From a virus: 64,000 nucleotides of DNA. A model generated the notes under the pieces. The model saw nothing but the letters and a program-made list of their open reading frames with translations. It was not told the origin of the DNA and made no database searches. The position numbers and the translations under genes were made by a program. This document shows positions 58,232-64,000 of the stretch, one piece after another (the stretch's first letter is position 1; the number at the start of each line of letters is the position of its first letter). The stretch is from positions 1-64,000 of the IMG/VR virus record IMGVR_UViG_3300042691_023183; one strand, given 5' to 3'.

Positions 58232-59040
58232 ATTACAATCCAACTTGGTACATATAAATCTTTAGTGTTTAAAGTTACATCTGGACCGAACCAACGTGAA
58301 GGTGCAATAACTTTTTTATTTGGATTGGCGTTCAACCACGCCCCCCACCAACTAAATGTACTGTTGGCAATAATGTTATGACTACACTGGGTCATAATGC
58401 ACATATCAACAAATTGGTTACAAGACTCGGATACGAAAAAGTTATCATTTCCGGTAAAGGTTGATTTTGCCCATTCGATATCATCTGACACCACTATAAA
58501 ATTATATGATTTATCGGTAAAATGACTTAACGCATTGCTATAATATGTTAAATCACATGTACCGTGATGTGATAAATGTACATAATCACCTCTACGTACA
58601 TGAATAGAAACAGTTTCGTATGATTGTTTATCTTTTAAATACTCTTTTACTGTATTAACTATATCATGTCTAAATGTAAATTCGGATCTAACTGTTGATT
58701 CTATATGTTTAAAATATTTTTCAGTTTGAAAGTAACCATGTAAATGTACATCATCACCAACGTTAAAAAGTTCTTGGTTAAAATGAAAATGGTTTCCTTC
58801 ATGAACCATTCTATATTTTTCATTACATTGTAAAGCAGATAGATGAAATGCTTTTGGTAGTACAAAAGTTTGTTTGTTAACAATCTCATTGTCAGTAAAA
58901 TCGTACCAAGGAATTTTATTTCCGATAGAATAGTCAATTCCATATAAACAGTTTTGTTTATCTGCAATACCCATCAATGATGCATATTGAAACATTTGAT
59001 TTCCAAATCTTCCATTTAGTCCAATTGTAATGGTAATCAT
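58228..59040 (-). CDS. GT11 alpha-1,2-fucosyltransferase
   Basis: GRFGNQMFQYA, GYFQTEKYF, SIHVRRGDY, SDD, NIIANSTFSWWGAWL, APSRWF. Confidence 0.92.
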   Translation of the reverse strand: MITITIGLNGRFGNQMFQYASLMGIADKQNCLYGIDYSIGNKIPWYDFTDNEIVNKQTFVLPKAFHLSALQCNEKYRMVHEGNHFHFNQELFNVGDDVHLHGYFQTEKYFKHIESTVRSEFTFRHDIVNTVKEYLKDKQSYETVSIHVRRGDYVHLSHHGTCDLTYYSNALSHFTDKSYNFIVVSDDIEWAKSTFTGNDNFFVSESCNQFVDMCIMTQCSHNIIANSTFSWWGAWLNANPNKKVIAPSRWFGPDVTLNTKDLYVPSWIVI

Positions 59041-59753
59041 TTTGATAGATAATTTAGTTGTTCTAGTTTTAGTTCCATGCTGGTACATCTATCGGTATTG
59101 ATTGTACAATTTGCATGATAAAGTATTATTTTCGACGTGTCTATTGTATCTAAATTTGATAGTTGATGTGTACATTTATAACATCCATGGTTATTTGAAC
59201 ATACGTTACATTGTATCGTGTCATCTCTATACGATAAAGACGTATATTGAAGATATCTAAAATCAAATATACCAATTTCTATTGAAGGAATGGTATTCGA
59301 AAAGTAATTAATAACGTCCATATCATGAACATCATTATGTTTACAACTAGTTAATAATTTTTCAAAAAAGTCCACCATCGTATCGTTACATTCTATTTTA
59401 CAAAATGCTGGATTTACAAATGTATCTGATGGATCTTCATCTTCTTTTAAAACAGTAAACATTTTATCATATGATGTTAAATCAATTGGAGAAAAGAATT
59501 TAATGTCAACATCTGTCCATATAATTTTTCGTCCCAGATTTTCTTTGGTTGTTTGTAGCATCAATCTTGTTTTATTATGTAAACAGTCGATGTATCCATC
59601 CGTATTATAATCACCATTTCCATCAACAGTAGTTTCAAATATACGAAGATCGTAGTTATTTTCATTAAACTTTATAAATGATGGATAAAAGTGTTTGTTA
59701 AATATTTCATCCATTTGAGGAGAGTATAAACAATATACCGGAGTTTTTTCCAT
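59037..59753 (-). CDS. Nucleotide-diphospho-sugar transferase (GT77-like)
   Basis: KT.LM, IIWTDVDIKFF, VNPAF, DM, YHANC. Confidence 0.65.
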   Translation of the reverse strand: MEKTPVYCLYSPQMDEIFNKHFYPSFIKFNENNYDLRIFETTVDGNGDYNTDGYIDCLHNKTRLMLQTTKENLGRKIIWTDVDIKFFSPIDLTSYDKMFTVLKEDEDPSDTFVNPAFCKIECNDTMVDFFEKLLTSCKHNDVHDMDVINYFSNTIPSIEIGIFDFRYLQYTSLSYRDDTIQCNVCSNNHGCYKCTHQLSNLDTIDTSKIILYHANCTINTDRCTSMELKLEQLNYLSK

Positions 59754-59755
59754 AA

Positions 59756-60964
59756 TCACTTTCTAATATTATCTTCTAATGAGAATTCGTTCATGTATCT
59801 ACTATTATCTTTACGTTGTTTTTCAATCGTCTTTGTATGATACAATGATAATTCTTCCATTGCAGGAATACGTGTAAACTCTTTGAATCCTACGATGGTT
59901 TCATGCAATTTACGTTCCCATTTAATATGAGGTTGATTTTTGTATATGCGGGACTGATAGTCAGGCCACATGATATATCCCTTTTCATTGACTCTCCACC
60001 CATAATTTTTGATGTCTTCTGAGGTTACACCAATAAAGTTATTGACTCTTGGTACCCAAAACATTTCACAACTAAGGTTTGATTCGATGAGGTCTCTAAG
60101 ATTTTCAAGAAGAATCTCGTTGGGAAGTTCATCTGCGTCAATTTGAAATATGTATTTGCCACTACACTGTGAAGTTCCAAAGTTCTTATGAGAACCATAG
60201 TCTTTATTTAGGTGATGTTTGGAAATTTTGATTCCATTAACCAATTCGTGGTCTTTCAATACATTGAGTGTAACTTCGTCATCTGAATAATCATCTAACA
60301 CAACGATTTCATTACCGGTAATGTATTTTGACAAGAGAGTCAATAAACTACGCAGTTGTTCACCTTCATTGTGACATGTTACAAGAAATGACACAAATGG
60401 AGTTGACTGTTTAGTAAACACCGCATATCCAGACGGTTCTGTAACGTAGTCTGGATAATAGATGTCATATTTACCATTGAATACATTGTAAATATCATTC
60501 TTGACGTAATTTAAGTCCAAGTTTTGATCTTCATATGAATCATAGTTAAACTTCGAATTACCTTTACCGTCTGGGATATAAAAATCATGAATAATGATAG
60601 GACATTCAAATCCATACTTTTTGATGATTTTGAGTTCATCCAACAACGGCCAATACTTTTCCCAATGGGCGTCCAAGAAAAAGATTACATCCTCTCGTCC
60701 TTGAAACTTCTGACATATTGTTTCCAAAAATGTAATAGATGACTCATTTGTCACCGTAACGTTTTTAGCATGTTGTAAGTTGTTTTTAGCCAACTCATAC
60801 GTTGCAGGTACGATTTCACATGAATATAGTTCCTGAAAATGAGGAGATAAAATTCCCATAGAATCTCCATCATTGGTTCCAGTTTCAATAAAAACGTTGG
60901 ATTTAAATTTCTCTTTTAATTTCAACGTATGTTCTAACAAATATCTGTCTCTATATGCTCCCAT
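59756..60964 (-). CDS. SAM methyltransferase fused to GT2 glycosyltransferase
   Basis: N-term FIETGT..G, FFLDAH, PLLDEL; C-term VTCHNE, LDDYSDD, FQIDADE, WPDYQSRI, LHE. Confidence 0.8.
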   Translation of the reverse strand: MGAYRDRYLLEHTLKLKEKFKSNVFIETGTNDGDSMGILSPHFQELYSCEIVPATYELAKNNLQHAKNVTVTNESSITFLETICQKFQGREDVIFFLDAHWEKYWPLLDELKIIKKYGFECPIIIHDFYIPDGKGNSKFNYDSYEDQNLDLNYVKNDIYNVFNGKYDIYYPDYVTEPSGYAVFTKQSTPFVSFLVTCHNEGEQLRSLLTLLSKYITGNEIVVLDDYSDDEVTLNVLKDHELVNGIKISKHHLNKDYGSHKNFGTSQCSGKYIFQIDADELPNEILLENLRDLIESNLSCEMFWVPRVNNFIGVTSEDIKNYGWRVNEKGYIMWPDYQSRIYKNQPHIKWERKLHETIVGFKEFTRIPAMEELSLYHTKTIEKQRKDNSRYMNEFSLEDNIRK

Positions 60965-60967
60965 ATG

Positions 60968-62281
60968 TTATTTGAGGTTTGGTTTTGGACTGTTTGGCAT
61001 CTTCAATTGTGGAATCATGATTTTCTGTTCAACCGCAAATTCTGGAATATACTTGTCCAAAATAGCGTGTAACTTTTGATCCATTGCTTGAGTTGAAAAT
61101 AGTTGAGCATTACGTTCGGCTAAAGCAATAGCATTATCCTTGGTCTTTTGATTCATGCTGAAATAATACTGTTTCAACCGTTCTTCTGCCAGACTGTATG
61201 ACACAGTAAACCACGCAGATTCCTTGATTAACCATTGGTTAGCTGATGCCGGATTGATTACATCCACCTTTCCTGGCAACAAACACTCTCTATTAGAATC
61301 CAAGAAATCCAAGTGACCACTCCAATCTGATGCAAGTATGGGTTTTCCGCTAAGAGATGCTAACAACAATGGATGACCAAAACCCTCACCGTGTGTGAAA
61401 CTAACGTGACACTTCACCTTTTCATGGTTGAAAAGAGCGTTCATTTCCACATCATTTAGTTCACCGTGAATCAAATACACGTTTGGTTTATCACCATCAA
61501 CCTGTGATTCTGCGATTTTGATTTTCTTCAAGATAGCATCTTTATCGACCTTTGAATAGTTTGTACCGCTGGTCTTTAGAATCAAACATGGCTTTTGAGG
61601 ACGGTTCTTAAATGTGTTCAAGAATGTCTTAATTAAGTTGCCAATGTCTTTACGATCATGAAATGGATTATCATGTGTCCATTGACCAACGAACAAAAAC
61701 GCAAAGTTTTCAGGAATCTGACTCATTACCGTTTCGACAGAATCAACCTTTTGATCGGTGATCTTGTAGATATCGGTATTGGCACCCCAGAAACACACTT
61801 CGATTGGTTTGGTATTACGTAGTTGTTCTTTACGTCCACTACCATCCTTATATTCCTTGGTATAGTCTGCATCGTCAAAGACCTTCTTGGAATGACGTGA
61901 TGTGACAATATTCATGTCCATCTTGTTCAATCCTTCGATCCACTCTCCAGCTGCAGCGGTGGTTTCAATACCAGCGGTCATTCCAATGTTGTACTTGCCA
62001 ATTGGTTTGAACTCATTGGGTATTGAGATCTGAATAAACAAGTCTGGTTGTCTATTCAAAGGTTCTTTCAACATCTTATCGAACAATGCAAGATTGAGTG
62101 GATCATTTGAATCCAATTCATCCTGAAAACGTTTGATGGGATTTCCACCCCACTTTGTTGTTGCGATGCGAAGATCGAATTTATTGTAACGAAGAATGCT
62201 TTTAGCAACTTCTCTTGCCCAATCTCCATAGCCACTGCGACTAAAGACTGGACCTTGTATAACACATAATGGTTTGCTCAT
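60968..62281 (-). CDS. GT4-like glycosyltransferase
   Basis: SRSGYG, AGIETT, RKDIG.LIK.F, THGEGFGHPLL, WSGHLDF. Confidence 0.8.
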   Translation of the reverse strand: MSKPLCVIQGPVFSRSGYGDWAREVAKSILRYNKFDLRIATTKWGGNPIKRFQDELDSNDPLNLALFDKMLKEPLNRQPDLFIQISIPNEFKPIGKYNIGMTAGIETTAAAGEWIEGLNKMDMNIVTSRHSKKVFDDADYTKEYKDGSGRKEQLRNTKPIEVCFWGANTDIYKITDQKVDSVETVMSQIPENFAFLFVGQWTHDNPFHDRKDIGNLIKTFLNTFKNRPQKPCLILKTSGTNYSKVDKDAILKKIKIAESQVDGDKPNVYLIHGELNDVEMNALFNHEKVKCHVSFTHGEGFGHPLLLASLSGKPILASDWSGHLDFLDSNRECLLPGKVDVINPASANQWLIKESAWFTVSYSLAEERLKQYYFSMNQKTKDNAIALAERNAQLFSTQAMDQKLHAILDKYIPEFAVEQKIMIPQLKMPNSPKPNLK

Positions 62282-62282
62282 A

Positions 62283-62972
62283 TTAATTTCCAAAAAGTTT
62301 GTTGTCTCTTTCCTTGATCATGTCAGAATACTTTTGCGCATTAGATGCAAAGTACCCTTCCTTTTGTTTCATTAAATCTTCAATAGTTTTTCCGGACTTT
62401 GGTTGTGTTGCGGGTGGTGTGTTTGTATCTGTACTTCCAAATCCACCTTCACCACGATTTGTAGCATCTAATTCGTCAACAAGAACAAATTCGATGTTTT
62501 CAACTCTGGTAACTTTAAGTTGACAGATTTTATCACCCATATTGTAAATCTTAGTTTCGTTGACGTTGCCCACAATTTGTTGGGAAATAATACTATAATC
62601 CTCTGGTTGAAATATATACTTAAATCGAAGTAGAACTTCACCACGATAATCTGCATCAACCAATCCAATACAGTTAGCTAGGATTAAATTGTATTTACTG
62701 ACACTGCTACGAGGAAATGCAAGTACATCATGATCGATATCTGTATAACCAAAATTACTATATACACGATCTTTTTGAACTGCAAGTTTTAGATTAGTGC
62801 GATATTGAATATAGTCAATACGTTTATATCCTCCAATTTCATAATTTTTTTCACCAACAATTTCAGGTCCACTCGTTGCGATGATATCATAACCTGTTGC
62901 TCTATCAGTTCCTTTCTTAGGCAGGTTATCCACTGTTTGATATGTTTCATTTTTTAATATTTGAATTTTCAT
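62283..62972 (-). CDS. dut: Trimeric dUTPase
   Basis: ATGYD, PRSS, GLVDADYRGE, GDKICQ, RGEGGFGST. Confidence 0.92.
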   Translation of the reverse strand: MKIQILKNETYQTVDNLPKKGTDRATGYDIIATSGPEIVGEKNYEIGGYKRIDYIQYRTNLKLAVQKDRVYSNFGYTDIDHDVLAFPRSSVSKYNLILANCIGLVDADYRGEVLLRFKYIFQPEDYSIISQQIVGNVNETKIYNMGDKICQLKVTRVENIEFVLVDELDATNRGEGGFGSTDTNTPPATQPKSGKTIEDLMKQKEGYFASNAQKYSDMIKERDNKLFGN

Positions 62973-63940
62973 ACAATTTCCTTTTGAACTTTTTCAATAT
63001 CAACTTTACCGAAATCTACTCCCATACAATTATCTGGTTGTATCTGTCCAACTTGTTCTTTGGTGGTGTGCAGAGTGAACTTTTCACTTGGTGTGAAATT
63101 TGCCAACGTGTAATCCATGGCTTTGATAAACTGGTTACACATATTTACGGCGTTCAATCCACCTTCGTTTAGTGCCCATCTACGTCCTTCTTCACCACGA
63201 CGAGTACGTTCTTCGTTTGGAATTAGGTACCAATACATCATGGCTTCTGCCAAATCACGGGGGTCAACCATATCATCAAAAATGTATGGAGTTTGATTAC
63301 TACCATGCATATCGTGAACCCTTGGCCACACTGGCTTTGCCCACACACCGTGTTTCTTATACTTTCCAACGTTATTGGTTCCAAACTCTTTGGTGAATTC
63401 AACAGGGTTACCATTGTCATCCACTTGTCCAATTTGATCTTGTAGACCACCGGTAACACTCACAATAACAGGAGTACCTGACATAATGGACTCGTTGACG
63501 CTCAATCCGAATCCTTCGTTACTGGAAGCGTTAATTGTTACATCTGCCAAGTTATACATCAAGTTCATTTCTCCCGGTGTGATTTTACGTTGAGAGAAGT
63601 ATACGACATAATCACGACAAATGGCTTCCTTGACTGCGGGAAGATCAGTACCGTGACCGTTTTGACCAACGACTTCAGTATGTAGAATCAAACACACCTT
63701 CTTTGCGTCTTCTTTAGAAAGACTATCACAGAAAATTCGGTATGCGAGAATTACATTTGAAACCTGTTTACGTTTGACGTTACGACTATTGAAAAAGATT
63801 GTATAATCGTATTCGTTACCGTTAAAGAATCTCTTCTTTCCTTCAATTAGGTTTTTATCGGACGTATCTACTGGTCGAAATACCTCACTATTAATTCCGT
63901 GGGGTACATAATGTAAAAGTGTTTTTCCTTTGATTGGCAT
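62969..63940 (-). CDS. GT4 glycosyltransferase, apparently the C-terminal (nucleotide-binding) half only
   Basis: Starts at YVPHGIN; SRNVKRK, SSNEGFGLS, TGGLQDQ. Confidence 0.8.
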   Translation of the reverse strand: MPIKGKTLLHYVPHGINSEVFRPVDTSDKNLIEGKKRFFNGNEYDYTIFFNSRNVKRKQVSNVILAYRIFCDSLSKEDAKKVCLILHTEVVGQNGHGTDLPAVKEAICRDYVVYFSQRKITPGEMNLMYNLADVTINASSNEGFGLSVNESIMSGTPVIVSVTGGLQDQIGQVDDNGNPVEFTKEFGTNNVGKYKKHGVWAKPVWPRVHDMHGSNQTPYIFDDMVDPRDLAEAMMYWYLIPNEERTRRGEEGRRWALNEGGLNAVNMCNQFIKAMDYTLANFTPSEKFTLHTTKEQVGQIQPDNCMGVDFGKVDIEKVQKEIV

Positions 63941-63943
63941 ATA

Positions 63944-64000
63944 TTAAACGTTCTCCTTGATAATGTTACCGTCTTTGTCAAAATCACCGTCTAAAGTGGT
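63944..64000 (-). CDS. 3' end of upstream gene (truncated by window)
   Basis: Reverse strand reads TTLDGDFDKDGNIIKENV-stop, then TAT ATG in the same frame as 63940. Confidence 0.55.
   Translation of the reverse strand, partial: TTLDGDFDKDGNIIKENV

Noticed and set aside
44590-63940. Bacterial O-antigen locus / chimeric host contig
   Set aside because: Continuous with phage genes (dNMP kinase overlaps rmlA, dUTPase embedded), same gene packing, and no wzx/wzy or ABC exporter.
1-64000. Alternative genetic code (stop reassignment)
   Set aside because: Conserved genes are full length in the standard code with high coding density; TAA and TGA both act as real stops.

Overview
AT-rich, gene-dense segment of a large T4-like myovirus (contractile-tailed phage, probably from an uncultured jumbo/large-phage lineage); no cellular housekeeping genes, tRNA, rRNA or CRISPR array were seen. 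Left to right on +: the 3' end of a collagen-repeat fibre with an S74 chaperone domain; three glycosyltransferases, two carrying Aah/TibC-type protein O-heptosyltransferase domains; a tail module (1102-aa sheath, small holin, tube, gp26-like chaperone with a probable +1 frameshift extension, tape measure, baseplate genes); a replication/recombination module (divergent PolA, gp32-like SSB, RecA/UvsX, 5'-3' exonuclease, DnaB-like helicase, NrdAB); a MoxR/CobS AAA+ and VWA pair, a DUF4338/DruA-like gene, UvsE, gp62-like clamp-loader subunit, dNMP kinase and a dTDP-sugar pathway. From 48529 a convergent minus-strand operon of about 15 kb holds glf, about 13 glycosyltransferases (including adjacent GT11, GT7-like and GT6), methyltransferases and dUTPase. 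The most notable candidate system is phage-encoded protein/virion glycosylation: about 16 GT genes, sugar biosynthesis, Ser/Thr-rich structural acceptors and an unannotated 46-aa Pro/Thr/Ser/Gly peptide. A recurring TATTTAT intergenic motif looks like the late promoter. All calls come from motif recognition by eye; no database search was run.
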